Shown piece after piece: positions 19,408 through 31,172 of a stretch of 64,000 bases of DNA. The stretch is from an uncultured Gemmatimonadaceae bacterium (GTDB taxonomy: Bacteria > Gemmatimonadota > Gemmatimonadetes > Gemmatimonadales > Gemmatimonadaceae). The stretch spans positions 224,001-288,000 of the forward strand of contig CAWAGQ010000003.1 of the NCBI GenBank assembly GCA_963781585.1, written 5' to 3'. The position numbers and the translations under genes were made by a program. The first letter of the stretch is position 1; every line of letters begins with the position of its first letter. Under the pieces are notes generated by a model that ran no database searches, was not told the origin of the DNA, and saw only the letters and a list, made by a program, of their open reading frames with translations.

Positions 19408-20480
19408 TGGAAGCCCACACGCCTAACGCGATCGGACGCAGCGACGGACGCGGACCGGAGCCGCGGTCGCACGGTCCGTCGTCCGCCGGCAACCCGGTGC
19501 TGGAATACGACGCCCTCCGGGGCGCCGCCATCGTCCTCGACCGCAGTGATCGGACGCGGGCCACGTTCGCCGGACCGGCGGCGGCCGAGGTGCTCACCGG
19601 CCTGCTCACCAACGACGTTCCTGCGCTGACGCCCGGTCAGGGTCAATACGCGGCCGTGCTCACTCCCAAAGGGAAGATCATCGCCGACGTGCGCGTGTTC
19701 GCGCGCGACCAGGACCTGTTTGTCGATGCCCCCGCCCGCGCTTCGGCCGGGTGGTGGAACCTCGTCCGCAAATTCGTCAACCCGCGCCTGGCCCGCTATG
19801 CCGATGTCAGCGCGTCGCTCGGCGACATCGGAATCTTCGGCCTGGCGGCGGTGGGTGTGGTCGGCAGAATGTGCGGGCTGGGCCCCGAGGAGCTGACAGC
19901 GCTCGCTCCGTATGCGCACCGGCAGGTGCAGCTCGGGAGCGAGAAGGTCATGCTGGCTCGTGTGCCCGATGCCGGGTTGGATGGATTCGAGTTCTTCCCG
20001 GAGCTGGAGGCGGTGCTCGAGGTGCGTGCGCGCGCGATCCAGTGCGGCGCCACGCCCGCCGGCGCGGCCGCGTTCGAGATCGCCCGCATCGAGGCGGGAC
20101 GCCCCGAGTGGGGTCTGGACATGGATGACACGACCCTGCCCCAGGAGGCCAACCTCGACACGCTCCACGCCATCTCGTACACGAAGGGATGCTATACCGG
20201 GCAGGAGACGGTGGCCCGCGTGCATTTCCGCGGACACGTGAATCGTCACTTGCGTGGACTGGAGTTCGATCCAGCAGTCCTGCCGGTGGTCGGCGCCGAG
20301 CTGGTCGATGACGCCGAGCGTGTGGTCGGAGACGTACGAAGTGTCGCGCGCTCTCCGAGACTCGGCGGTGTGGCGCTGGCAATGGTGCGTCGCGAGGTGC
20401 AGCCGGGCGGGATACTCATGGCGAGGTGGCCGGAAGGCACGGTTCGCGTGAGTGTGCTCGAGCTCCCGTTCCCGCCCTGA
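19407..20480 (+). CDS. ygfZ: YgfZ/GcvT-like folate-binding protein
   Basis: Signature KGCYTGQETVAR; also LTPKGKI. Confidence 0.88.
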   Translation: MEAHTPNAIGRSDGRGPEPRSHGPSSAGNPVLEYDALRGAAIVLDRSDRTRATFAGPAAAEVLTGLLTNDVPALTPGQGQYAAVLTPKGKIIADVRVFARDQDLFVDAPARASAGWWNLVRKFVNPRLARYADVSASLGDIGIFGLAAVGVVGRMCGLGPEELTALAPYAHRQVQLGSEKVMLARVPDAGLDGFEFFPELEAVLEVRARAIQCGATPAGAAAFEIARIEAGRPEWGLDMDDTTLPQEANLDTLHAISYTKGCYTGQETVARVHFRGHVNRHLRGLEFDPAVLPVVGAELVDDAERVVGDVRSVARSPRLGGVALAMVRREVQPGGILMARWPEGTVRVSVLELPFPP

Positions 20481-20609
20481 GGGGGCTGGCAAGTCGTTCA
20501 TCCGGCGAGTAGCCTGACAGACGGACGCTCGCGCACGTTCGTGAGGATGACGCCCCGCTCGGTCGATTGCGGATAGCGCGACACGGTTCGCACTTCACGG
20601 GAGTACAGG

Positions 20610-22082
20610 TTGCCAGAACTGCCGAGAACACTGGGCGCTCTCCGGCGTTCCCCGCTCGGCGCTCCGGAGCGGGTGCTCCGCAGCGTCAAGGATGAGATGC
20701 GCGCCAATCTGCTGGCACGGCTGCGTTCCGGCAGCGCGCTCTTCGCGGACGTGATTGGGTACGACGAGTCCGTGATTCCCCAGCTCATCAATGCGGTGCT
20801 GGCACGTCACAACTTCATCCTCCTGGGGCTGCGCGGGCAGGCCAAATCACGCATCCTCCGCTCCCTGGTCACGTTGCTCGACGACGCGATTCCCATCGTC
20901 GACGGCAGTGAGATCAACGACAGCCCGTACGCTCCGATCTCGAAGTACGCGCGGGCGCTCCTCTCCGAGGCCGGCGACGACACACCCGTCGCGTGGGTGG
21001 AGCGGTCCAGCCGCTATGTCGAGAAGCTCGCCACTCCCGACGTCACCATCGCCGACATCATCGGCGATCTCGATCCCATCAAGGCGGCGCGCGGCGGCCA
21101 TCTGCTCTCGGACGAACTGACCATCCACTACGGAATGCTGCCGCGCGCGAACCGCGGCATTTTCGCTCTCAACGAGCTCCCCGATCTGGCCGGGAAAGTG
21201 CAGGTGGGCCTGTTCAACATCATGCAGGAAGGCGACGTCCAGATCAAAGGCTATCCGGTGCGATTGCCCCTCGACGTGCTCCTGTGTTTCACCGCCAATC
21301 CCGAGGACTACACGGCGCGCGGCAAGATCATCACCCCGCTCAAGGACCGCATCGGCAGCGAGATCGCGACTCACTATCCCGAGACGGTCGAGCTGGGCAT
21401 GCAGATCACCACTCAGGAAGCCTGGACGAACCGGGACGCCATGCCGGTGCGCATTCCGGACTTCCTGTCCGAGGTGATCGAGCGTGTGGCGTTCGAGGCT
21501 CGCACCGACAAACGCGTGGACCGCCGGTCGGGCGTGTCGCAACGAATGCCCATCTCGCTCGTCGAGAACGTCGTCTCCAACGCCGAGCGGCGCGCCATTC
21601 ATCTCGGGGAGCGCGAAATCGTGCCGCGGATCGCGGACGTGTATTCGGCCCTGCCCGCCATCACGGGGAAGATCGAGCTGGAATACGAAGGCGAACTGCT
21701 CGGCGCCTCGGTGATCGCGCGCGAACTGATCCGCCGGGCCGCCGACGCGACGTTCCGGGCACGTGCCGGCACGGTGAACGCTGACGAGATCATCATCTGG
21801 TTCGACGGAGGTGGCGCGGTACAGGTGACCGACGACGTCGAGGCCGTCGCACTGCACCGCGCCTTCGGCACGGTACCTGGGCTGGTCGACCTGGTGCATC
21901 ATGTGGGTCTGGCGCCGGAGAGCGACCCGGCCTTCACGGCGTCGGCCTGCGAGCTGGTCCTGGAGGCGCTGGTGGCGCGTCGCAAGATCTCGCGATCCGA
22001 GGGGGGGCAGTACGGGCGGGCGCCGGCCGAACAGCGGCGGCGGCCGAATCAGGATCTCTTTGGCGGCGGGCTGACCGCCTGA
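20610..22082 (+). CDS. Magnesium-chelatase-like AAA+ ATPase
   Basis: Walker A GLRGQAKS, PRANRGIFALNELPDL, TANPEDYT and PLKDRIGS. Confidence 0.85.
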   Translation: MPELPRTLGALRRSPLGAPERVLRSVKDEMRANLLARLRSGSALFADVIGYDESVIPQLINAVLARHNFILLGLRGQAKSRILRSLVTLLDDAIPIVDGSEINDSPYAPISKYARALLSEAGDDTPVAWVERSSRYVEKLATPDVTIADIIGDLDPIKAARGGHLLSDELTIHYGMLPRANRGIFALNELPDLAGKVQVGLFNIMQEGDVQIKGYPVRLPLDVLLCFTANPEDYTARGKIITPLKDRIGSEIATHYPETVELGMQITTQEAWTNRDAMPVRIPDFLSEVIERVAFEARTDKRVDRRSGVSQRMPISLVENVVSNAERRAIHLGEREIVPRIADVYSALPAITGKIELEYEGELLGASVIARELIRRAADATFRARAGTVNADEIIIWFDGGGAVQVTDDVEAVALHRAFGTVPGLVDLVHHVGLAPESDPAFTASACELVLEALVARRKISRSEGGQYGRAPAEQRRRPNQDLFGGGLTA

Positions 22083-22114
22083 CGGCGGACAACGCGGGCC
22101 ATCGCCCAGCCAAC

Positions 22115-22669
22115 TTGTCCACCTCCCGCACTGCCACCCATCCGGCGCCACGGTCCGGCCGCGGGCGGCGCCGGGCCCCTCCGGGCCGCGAGCCGGTCCT
22201 CGTGAGGGCCGCCGTAGGGGACGACGAGCCGGCGGTCACGGCGTTGCGGCTGGCGCTCCTGGCGGAGGAAGCGAGGAGTCCACTCTTCGCCCAGCCTCAT
22301 CCGCGCGCCGCAGACCGGGCGCGCCAACTCTCGGCCACGCAGCTGGCGGCACGGAACGAAGCGGTGCTGCTGGCCTTTGCCGGCGCCCACGCCGTCGGCA
22401 TGCTGCGCTGTTCGATCGCTCGCGGGTTTCCGCTCGTGCGCGACGCCCGCCACGCGGCGTTGACGTCGGCCTACGTTCGGCCGGAATACCGGCGCAAGGG
22501 CGTTCTCCGGGCCCTGCTGTCCGCCGCCGACGAATGGTGCCGAGCGCGTCGGCTCGGCGAGATGCGCCTGCGATGCACGGTGGAGAACGCTGGCGGCAAC
22601 GCCGCCTGGGAATCGTTAGGCTTCGCCCCCGCGGAGATCGTGCACCGCCGCCCGGTTCCCCGGTCCTGA
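22115..22669 (+). CDS. GNAT acetyltransferase
   Basis: YVRPEYRRKG motif A, and N...AAWESLGF. Confidence 0.82.
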   Translation: MSTSRTATHPAPRSGRGRRRAPPGREPVLVRAAVGDDEPAVTALRLALLAEEARSPLFAQPHPRAADRARQLSATQLAARNEAVLLAFAGAHAVGMLRCSIARGFPLVRDARHAALTSAYVRPEYRRKGVLRALLSAADEWCRARRLGEMRLRCTVENAGGNAAWESLGFAPAEIVHRRPVPRS

Positions 22670-22675
22670 TCACGC

Positions 22676-23308
22676 GTGCCGGTCATCACCATCTCTCGCA
22701 TGTTCGGATCCGGCGGCTCGGAGGTCGCCCGCGGGGTGGCGCAGGCCCTTCGGTGGACGCTGGTGGACAACGCGTTCGTGGAGGGCGTGGCCGGGCGGCT
22801 CGGCACCACACCGGCAACGGTGGAAGCCATCGAAGAGCGGGTGCCCACACTGGCCGAACGGATTGCCGATGCGTTCGCCCTTGGCTCTCCGGAGGTGTTG
22901 CCGGCGGCCATGTCCACTCCCCTTCTGCCAACGGAAGAACGGGTGCTCCAGGTCACGCGCCGCCTCATCGACGAGACCCTCGCCCGCGGGCCGGCGGTGC
23001 TGGTGGGACGCGGCGCCCAGGCATACCTCGAACCGCGCGCCGACGCACTCCACGTCCTGTGCTGCGCGCCGCACGAGGCGCTTGTGGCTCGCGTGGCCGA
23101 GCGCGATCACCTGGCGCCGGACGAGGCCGACCGGCTGGTGCGCGAGAAGAACCAGCAACGCGCGCAGTTCGTGCAGGCCAACTGGGGACGGCAATGGCTC
23201 GCCCCGGAACACTATCATCTCTGTCTCAACACCACCTGGCTGGGGATCGATGCCGCGGTCGACCTGGTGGTGCAACGGGCGCGCATCCAGTTCGGCGCTG
23301 CTCGTTAG
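22676..23308 (+). CDS. Cytidylate kinase-like family protein
   Basis: VITISRMFGSGG, VLVGRGA and YHLCLNT. Confidence 0.85.
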   Translation: MPVITISRMFGSGGSEVARGVAQALRWTLVDNAFVEGVAGRLGTTPATVEAIEERVPTLAERIADAFALGSPEVLPAAMSTPLLPTEERVLQVTRRLIDETLARGPAVLVGRGAQAYLEPRADALHVLCCAPHEALVARVAERDHLAPDEADRLVREKNQQRAQFVQANWGRQWLAPEHYHLCLNTTWLGIDAAVDLVVQRARIQFGAAR

Positions 23309-23315
23309 GCACGCA

Positions 23316-24545
23316 CTACAAGGCCCGGACTTCGGGGTAGCGGCGCAGCGTCAGGATGCCGTATACCATCATGATGGCGGCGGCGCCGCCGATCGCCCAC
23401 TGCACGCCGACCACCCGAGCCACAGCGCCGGCCACGAACGCACCCACCACCTGCGGCAGGCCAACCACGATCAGCGAATACATCGACATCAGGCGGCCCC
23501 GGAGCTCGTCAGGCACAAGCGTCTGCAGCAGACCGTTGGCCACCGCGTTGTTGACGATCATCAGAAACCCCGTGGCCAGCAGCACCGGGTAGGCGAACGC
23601 CGGCTCACGGATGTCCGCCAGGATGATCAGCAGCGTAGCAAACCCCAACGAAGCGATGGCCAGCAGCTTGCCGCGCCGCACCCGATGCCCGATCGCCGCC
23701 AACGACAGCGCGCCTGTCAATCCGCCGATTCCAAGAGCCGACAGCAGAAGGCCGTACCCGCCCGCTCCCAGCCCAAGACGGTCGCGCGCCAGCACCGGCA
23801 TCAACACGATGTACGGAATCCCCAGCACCGAAAACACGGTGACCAGCTCGAGCAGGGCGCGCACCGTGCGCTCGCGACGGACGTAGTCCAGGCCGCCCCG
23901 GATCTCCTCCAGCGGACGGCCGGGACGACGCAGCGGCCTCCAGGGCGGCAATGACACCAGCCACAAGCCGATCAGCACAGTCAGATAGCTCAGTGCATTG
24001 ACGCCGAAACACCACGCGAGGCCCAACCTGGCGATGACCGCCGCTCCGATTGCCGGACCCACGATGCGCGCCAGGTTGAATCCGCTGGAGTTCAGCGCGA
24101 TGGCATCGCGGAGATCGTCCCGGCCCACCAGATCGATCATCAGCGATTGCCGCGCCGGGATTTCCACGCTCCCGATCGCGCCCCCGAGCAATGACAGCGA
24201 CAGCAGCCAGCTGACCGTGATCCGGCCGGTCCAGGTGAGCCACCAGAGCGCCGCCGCTTCGACCAGCAGCAGCGCCTGAGCGATCTTCACCAGGCGCAGC
24301 TTGTCGCTCCGGTCCACGAGCACGCCGGCGTGGAGCGAGAAGATGAGAATCGGGAAGGAACCCGATGCCGCCACCAGCCCCACGATGAAGGCGCTGTTCG
24401 AGAGCTGCAGGGCGAGCCACCCGAGTGCCATCGACTGCATCCACGTGCCGATGAGCGACAGCGTCTGACCGGTCCAGAAAAGCCGGAAGTTCCGATGCGT
24501 GACGAGTACACGAAACGGATTGAGGGTCCGGCGCTGGGAGGGCAC
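23316..24545 (-). CDS. MFS transporter
   Basis: About 12 TM helices; HRNFRLFWTGQ, GVLVDR and PDELRGR. Confidence 0.9.
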   Translation of the reverse strand: MPSQRRTLNPFRVLVTHRNFRLFWTGQTLSLIGTWMQSMALGWLALQLSNSAFIVGLVAASGSFPILIFSLHAGVLVDRSDKLRLVKIAQALLLVEAAALWWLTWTGRITVSWLLSLSLLGGAIGSVEIPARQSLMIDLVGRDDLRDAIALNSSGFNLARIVGPAIGAAVIARLGLAWCFGVNALSYLTVLIGLWLVSLPPWRPLRRPGRPLEEIRGGLDYVRRERTVRALLELVTVFSVLGIPYIVLMPVLARDRLGLGAGGYGLLLSALGIGGLTGALSLAAIGHRVRRGKLLAIASLGFATLLIILADIREPAFAYPVLLATGFLMIVNNAVANGLLQTLVPDELRGRLMSMYSLIVVGLPQVVGAFVAGAVARVVGVQWAIGGAAAIMMVYGILTLRRYPEVRAL

Positions 24546-24664
24546 GGGGGAAAACTAGTGACGGGCCGCTGCTCACGTCGGAACAGGACGCTGGATATGT
24601 TGTTGGAGCAAGGGCAAACGCGGCATACTTCGCATGACCAGCTCTCTCCTTCGGCCGTCCCGTC

Positions 24665-25945
24665 GTGCGCTTCCACACCTACTCCAGGTTCACCCCTGAG
24701 CTCGCCGACGCGATCGATCTCGAATCGCTCCTCGAGCGGATGGCGGACTTTCTGCTGCAATCCGGCTTTGCCGGCGGCTCCTACTCGCACCCCTACTGGG
24801 GTGATTTCGGCGAGGAAGAGGACCGGTCGCTCGAAGCTCTCAAGCGCGCGATCCTCGACGCGCTGATCGAGAGCGGTCAGCTCACCCCGGAAATGCTCGC
24901 GGCGCTCCGCGGCGAGGGGGACGAGGAGGCGGCCCAACAGCTCGCCGAGTTGCTGGATCAGATCGTGCGCGGCCTGGCCGAGAAGGGCTTCCTGCACCTC
25001 GACGCTCCGCCCCGGGTGGCCGACAGCCATCAGCCAGTCGAAGGCAAGGGGAGCCTGTCGCACGCCGCGTCGCGCGACGTGCAGTTCCGGCTCACCGAGA
25101 AAGGCATCGATTTTCTGGGATACCGCGCCCTGCGACACATCCTGGGCTCGTTGGGACGCAGCAGCGTGGGGAGCCACGACACGCCCCATCTCGCCACCGG
25201 CATCGAGTCAGACGGATGGAGCAAACCGTACGAATTCGGCGATACCCTCAATCTCGATGTCAACCAGACGCTCAAGAACACCCTCGCCCGCACCGGGTCG
25301 CTCGCCGTTCCCATGGACCTCGACTATCCCGACCTGATGGTCCATCAGGCGGAGTATCGCTCGTCCTGCGCGACGGTGCTGCTGCTCGATACATCGCACT
25401 CGATGATCCTGTACGGGGAAGATCGCTTCACGCCGGCCAAGAAGGTCGCGCTCGCACTCACCCACCTGATCAGGACCCAGTATCCCGGGGATACCATTCG
25501 GGTCGTCCTGTTTCACGATTCGGCGGAGGAGATTCCGCTGGCCACTCTGGCCCACGCGCAGGTGGGACCGTACCACACCAACACCGCGGAAGGACTGAGA
25601 CTCTCACGCCGGATTCTGCTCGGACAGAAGAAGGACATGCGCCAGGTGATCATGATCACCGACGGCAAGCCCAGCGCACTCACGATGCCCAACGGCCTGG
25701 TCTACAAGAACGCGATGGGGCTCGACGCCGAGATTATCGCCGCGACCCTCAAGGAAGTGGCGGAATGCCGGCGGGCCGGCATCATGATCAACACGTTCAT
25801 GCTCGCCCGCGATCGGGCGCTGGTGGAGTTCGTCAAGCGCGTGGCGGCGCTCAGCCGCGGCAAAGCGTACTTCACCAACACCATGACGCTCGGACAGTTC
25901 ATCCTCATGGACTTCCTCAAGCGAAAGACGCGAAAGGTAAGCTGA
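24665..25945 (+). CDS. vWA domain protein
   Basis: MIDAS motif [13 protein letters not shown] and ITDGKPS. Confidence 0.87.
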   Translation: MRFHTYSRFTPELADAIDLESLLERMADFLLQSGFAGGSYSHPYWGDFGEEEDRSLEALKRAILDALIESGQLTPEMLAALRGEGDEEAAQQLAELLDQIVRGLAEKGFLHLDAPPRVADSHQPVEGKGSLSHAASRDVQFRLTEKGIDFLGYRALRHILGSLGRSSVGSHDTPHLATGIESDGWSKPYEFGDTLNLDVNQTLKNTLARTGSLAVPMDLDYPDLMVHQAEYRSSCATVLLLDTSHSMILYGEDRFTPAKKVALALTHLIRTQYPGDTIRVVLFHDSAEEIPLATLAHAQVGPYHTNTAEGLRLSRRILLGQKKDMRQVIMITDGKPSALTMPNGLVYKNAMGLDAEIIAATLKEVAECRRAGIMINTFMLARDRALVEFVKRVAALSRGKAYFTNTMTLGQFILMDFLKRKTRKVS

Positions 25946-27097
25946 ATGCCCGAGCTGCCATCGCTGGATCGGGAGGAGATCCACCGATACAGCCGCCATC
26001 TCCTCCTCCCCGAGGTGGGATTGGAAGGACAGCGCCAGTTCAAGGCCGCGCGTGTCCTCGTGGTCGGCGCCGGCGGGCTCGGATCGCCGGCCGCGCTCTA
26101 CCTCGCCGCCGCCGGCGTCGGGACGCTCGGATTGGTCGATTTCGACGTGGTGGACCTGACCAACCTTCAGCGTCAGATTCTCCATGGGACCAGGGACGTG
26201 GGCCGCTCCAAGCTCGAATCGGCGCGTGAGCGGATCGGCGACCTCAATCCGCACGTGCGCGTCGAGTGTTTCGAGACCCGGCTCACCTCCGCCAACGCCC
26301 TCCAGATCGCCGCCGGCTTCGACATCGTGGTTGATGGCACCGACAACTTCGCCACCCGCTATCTGGTGAACGATACCTGCGTGCTGCTAGGCAGGCCTAA
26401 CGTCTACGGCAGCATCTTCCGGTTCGAGGGCCAGGCGTCGGTGTTCGCGACGGCCGACGGTCCCTGTTATCGCTGCCTGTACCCCGAGCCGCCGCCCCCA
26501 GGCCTGGTTCCCAGCTGCGCCGAAGGCGGCGTACTGGGTGTCCTCCCGGGGCTGATCGGCAGCATCCAGGCGACCGAGACCTTGAAGCTGATTCTGGGTC
26601 GGGGCACGTCGCTGGTGGGACGGCTGCTGCTCGTCGACGCGCTGAACGTCCGGATACGGTCGGTGAACGTGCGCCGGAACCCGGGCTGTCCCGCCTGCGG
26701 TACCCGCGAGATTCGTGAGCTCATCGACTACGACCAGTTCTGCGGCGCCCAGCCGACCACCGACGGCGCGGCCGGCCAGGTTCCCGAGATCGCACCGCGC
26801 GAGCTGCTGGCTCGCCTCGCCGCGGGCGAGTCGGTCACGGTGCTCGACGTGCGGGAAGCGTACGAGCGCGCCATCGCCTCCATCGACGGCTCCCGCCACA
26901 TCCCGCTCGGCGCGCTCGAGCAGGCCATGGGCACCCTCGATCCGGGTACGGAGATCGTCGTCTACTGCCAGAGCGGCATTCGCAGCGCAGACGCGGTGCG
27001 CCGCCTGCGCGCCGCCGGTTTCACGAGGGTATGGAACCTGGTCGGGGGCATCAATCGCTGGACCGCGGACGTCGATTCCGCCGTCCGTATCTCCTGA
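25946..27097 (+). CDS. moeB: MoeB/MoeZ adenylyltransferase with C-terminal rhodanese domain
   Basis: RYSRH, GAGGLGSP, NLQRQI, CYRC and CPAC zinc motifs, and rhodanese YCQSGIRS. Confidence 0.9.
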   Translation: MPELPSLDREEIHRYSRHLLLPEVGLEGQRQFKAARVLVVGAGGLGSPAALYLAAAGVGTLGLVDFDVVDLTNLQRQILHGTRDVGRSKLESARERIGDLNPHVRVECFETRLTSANALQIAAGFDIVVDGTDNFATRYLVNDTCVLLGRPNVYGSIFRFEGQASVFATADGPCYRCLYPEPPPPGLVPSCAEGGVLGVLPGLIGSIQATETLKLILGRGTSLVGRLLLVDALNVRIRSVNVRRNPGCPACGTREIRELIDYDQFCGAQPTTDGAAGQVPEIAPRELLARLAAGESVTVLDVREAYERAIASIDGSRHIPLGALEQAMGTLDPGTEIVVYCQSGIRSADAVRRLRAAGFTRVWNLVGGINRWTADVDSAVRIS

Positions 27098-27235
27098 ACT
27101 GCCCGCCGGTGTCCTCATCCGGGTGCACGCGCCCCGCGCTGCGGCTGTCGGATGGTGCGGCATCACGCCCGGTTCCCGTGCCTGACGCCGGGCCGCGGCC
27201 GCATCGCGCGTGCCGGTTCCCTCGTTAGGCTCCCG

Positions 27236-27927
27236 ATGTCTTCGCCGAGTCGCAGCGCGCGCCCCCGGTCGCCGACGCCGGCCGCCGCCGTCCGGTTCTC
27301 ACGGAACCTGCGGGCGTGGTTCAGGAGACACGGACGGGATCTGCCCTGGCGCCGCACGCGTGATCCGTACCACGTCCTGGTGTCGGAGCTGATGCTGCAG
27401 CAGACTCAGGTCTCGCGCGTGCTGGACTACTATGAACGGTTCGTGACACGTTTCCCGACCCTTGGCGCGGTGGCGGCGGCGCCGCCGCGGCGTGTCATGG
27501 AGGCGTGGACCGGTCTCGGGTACTACGCGCGCGCGCGCCACCTCCACCGGCTCGCCCGGGAGGTGACGCGGCGCGGCGCCCCGGGTGACCTCCCGGGCGA
27601 GCCCGAGGCGTTGCGCAAGCTGCCCGGCGTTGGCGCGTACACTGCGGGGGCGGTTGCCTCGTTCGCGTACGAGCGCCGCGCCGCACTGGTGGACACCAAC
27701 GTGGGACGCGTGCTGAGACGGGTCTTCGCTCCCGACCTTGACACCGCCACTGCCCATGGCCGACGCCGGCTGTGGCAGCTCGCCGACGCCACACTGCCCC
27801 GCACCGGCCGCGCCGCCTGGACGCACAACCAGGCCCTGATCGAGCTCGGCGCCCTGGTGTGCACCGCCCGCGTGATGCACTGCGATCGCTGTCCAGTGCG
27901 ATCGCAGTGCGCGACGTTGGCGCGACG

Positions 27928-27931
<4 letters not shown>
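27236..27931 (+). CDS. mutY: A/G-specific adenine glycosylase (catalytic domain only)
   Basis: RDLPWR, SELMLQQTQV, GLGYYARAR, HhH LPGVGAYTA, VDTNV and C-x6-C-x2-C-x5-C. Confidence 0.87.
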
Positions 27932-29274
<1,343 letters not shown>

Positions 29275-29704
29275 GGACCAATTTCTCCCTGATCAACGGT
29301 GCTGCCATGCGCGCCCTCGCGCGCCGCACCCAAATCTAGCCCACTGAAATCCCGGCTGGCATTACCGGGCTGCGGATCGGCGACATGTTCGGCGCCGGTG
29401 ATCCGCCAATTCTGTTATCGCGCACCGTGCCGAGTCCGCTGTTGCATTCACCGATCCGCGCGTCTTTTCTTCCCCGTGTCGGCACGATTCCGCGCTTCGT
29501 CCCGCTTGGCGCGCCGCATTCGTGCGCTCTTCCATCTGAGGAGACTCCGGGATCGCTGGCGGCGATACATTCGCGAGGCACTGCTCCGAACACCGGAGCA
29601 TCGAGAGTGATCGACACCGTCGAACGCAATGGGACATCGCGCATTTCTGCGTGGGGCCCGCCCCGGCATTTGCGTCAGGCGTGTCGCGCGTGCGTCCGGA
29701 CCGT

Positions 29705-31000
29705 CTACACGCTGATCCCGTCCCGAATGGCCCTGATGACGAGATCGGCAAACAGGTCGACCTCGTCGGGCATCGTGTACACGCTCGGCGTTACACGCAA
29801 TCCATTGAACTCGGCGTGATTGATCGGCGTGGTCATGACCCGGTGCCGTGCCCAGAGCCAGGCCTGCAGCTTCGACGTTTCCAGCCCGTCGACGTGCAGC
29901 AGCGCTATGCCGCAGGAATGCGTGTCGTCCAGCGGAGTGAGTATCCGCACGCGGGGACTCGCCTGCTGCAGCCGCTTGGCCCACCGGTCGCGCAGGTAAC
30001 GAAGGCGCGCCGCCTTTCGGTCGATCCCCATCCCGCGGTTGAAGGCGATCGCCACTGCTACTGCGTTGTGGTTTGCGGCCGGGTGGGTTCCGATCTCCTC
30101 GTACTTGCGAATGTCGTCATCCATCGATGTCGGCGCCGCCATCAGCGGCCAGAGCGATTTGATCCGTTCCCCCCTCACGTAGAGGAAGCCGGTTCCGATC
30201 GGCGCGTGCAGCCACTTGTGCAGGCTGGTGCCGTAGAAATCGCACTCCAGGTCGTCGCGGGAGAATGGGAAGTGGGCGAATGCGTGGGCGCCGTCCACCA
30301 GCACAGCGATGCCCCGGCTGCGCGCCATCTCGACGATCGGTCGGACCGGAAGAATCTGTCCGGTGAGGTTGGTGATGTGGGTGAGCTCGATCACGCGCGT
30401 CCGCAGCGTGATAGCGTCGCGGAAGCGGTCCACCAGGTATGCGTCCGATGGCGGCGGCACCGTGAACGAAATGGGCTTGACCACAATGCCGTCGCGCCGA
30501 ACACGCTGGTCCCATGTGGTGAGCATGCGGCCGTAATTCTGGTTGGTCACCACGACCTCGTCTCCGCGCCGTAGGTCGAGGCCGAGAATCATCGTCTCGT
30601 TCGACTCGGAGGCATTCCTGGTGATCGCCATCTCCTCCGGATCGCAACCGAACATCCCGGCGAGGTCCCGACGCACGCTCTCGATCCGCGGTTCCAGGAC
30701 CGCCCACATGTGTTCCACCGGCATCTCGTTGGAAAAGCGCAGGTCCCGGATCATCGCCTCCAGGACATGCGTCGGCGCCGGACTCACGCCGCCGTTGTTC
30801 AGATTGACGAGTGTCCGATCGGAGTCGAAGGCGCGGGCGATCTCGCTCCAGTAGTCCTCGTCATCGGCGACCTCCAGGGGCGTCCGGCTCCCCACCACCC
30901 GTTCCGCACGGAATAGTGAGGTGAATGCCGACGCCTTGAGGGCCGGGAGCGCCACACCGGCGCGCATCAGCGATGTGACGAACGTGCGGCGGTTGGTCAT
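29705..31000 (-). CDS. Class V aminotransferase (isopenicillin N epimerase/cysteine desulfurase-like) with twin-arginine signal
   Basis: TNRRTFV plus a hydrophobic stretch, LNNGG, DGAH and SLHKWL (PLP lysine). Confidence 0.85.
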   Translation of the reverse strand: MTNRRTFVTSLMRAGVALPALKASAFTSLFRAERVVGSRTPLEVADDEDYWSEIARAFDSDRTLVNLNNGGVSPAPTHVLEAMIRDLRFSNEMPVEHMWAVLEPRIESVRRDLAGMFGCDPEEMAITRNASESNETMILGLDLRRGDEVVVTNQNYGRMLTTWDQRVRRDGIVVKPISFTVPPPSDAYLVDRFRDAITLRTRVIELTHITNLTGQILPVRPIVEMARSRGIAVLVDGAHAFAHFPFSRDDLECDFYGTSLHKWLHAPIGTGFLYVRGERIKSLWPLMAAPTSMDDDIRKYEEIGTHPAANHNAVAVAIAFNRGMGIDRKAARLRYLRDRWAKRLQQASPRVRILTPLDDTHSCGIALLHVDGLETSKLQAWLWARHRVMTTPINHAEFNGLRVTPSVYTMPDEVDLFADLVIRAIRDGISV

Positions 31001-31088
31001 CTCTGCCTCCACGTGGGAGATGAACGCGTCGCCACAAAGTTGGGGATGATGCGACCGGCGGGCCAGAGCGCTTCAGTCGGAGGACGCT

Positions 31089-31167
31089 TGGCTTCGACCA
31101 TTGGCTTTGGACAATGACCTGTGACCTGTGGCCCTTGGCCTTTGACCTTTGGCTGGCCTCTGGCCTC
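31089..31167. repeat. Degenerate heptamer tandem repeat, TG(A/G)CCTN
   Basis: ...tgacctg tgacctg tggccct tggcctt tgacctt tggc tggcctc tggcctc. Confidence 0.8.
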
Positions 31168-31172
31168 TTCCC

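Noticed and set aside
29280..29700. 430-bp gap upstream of gltA as an sRNA or small gene
   Set aside because: Only short hairpins (for example TGCTCCG/CGGAGCA) and no convincing RBS-ORF or known RNA motif.
31089..31167. Repeat array as CRISPR
   Set aside because: The units are 7 bp with no spacers, and there are no cas genes.
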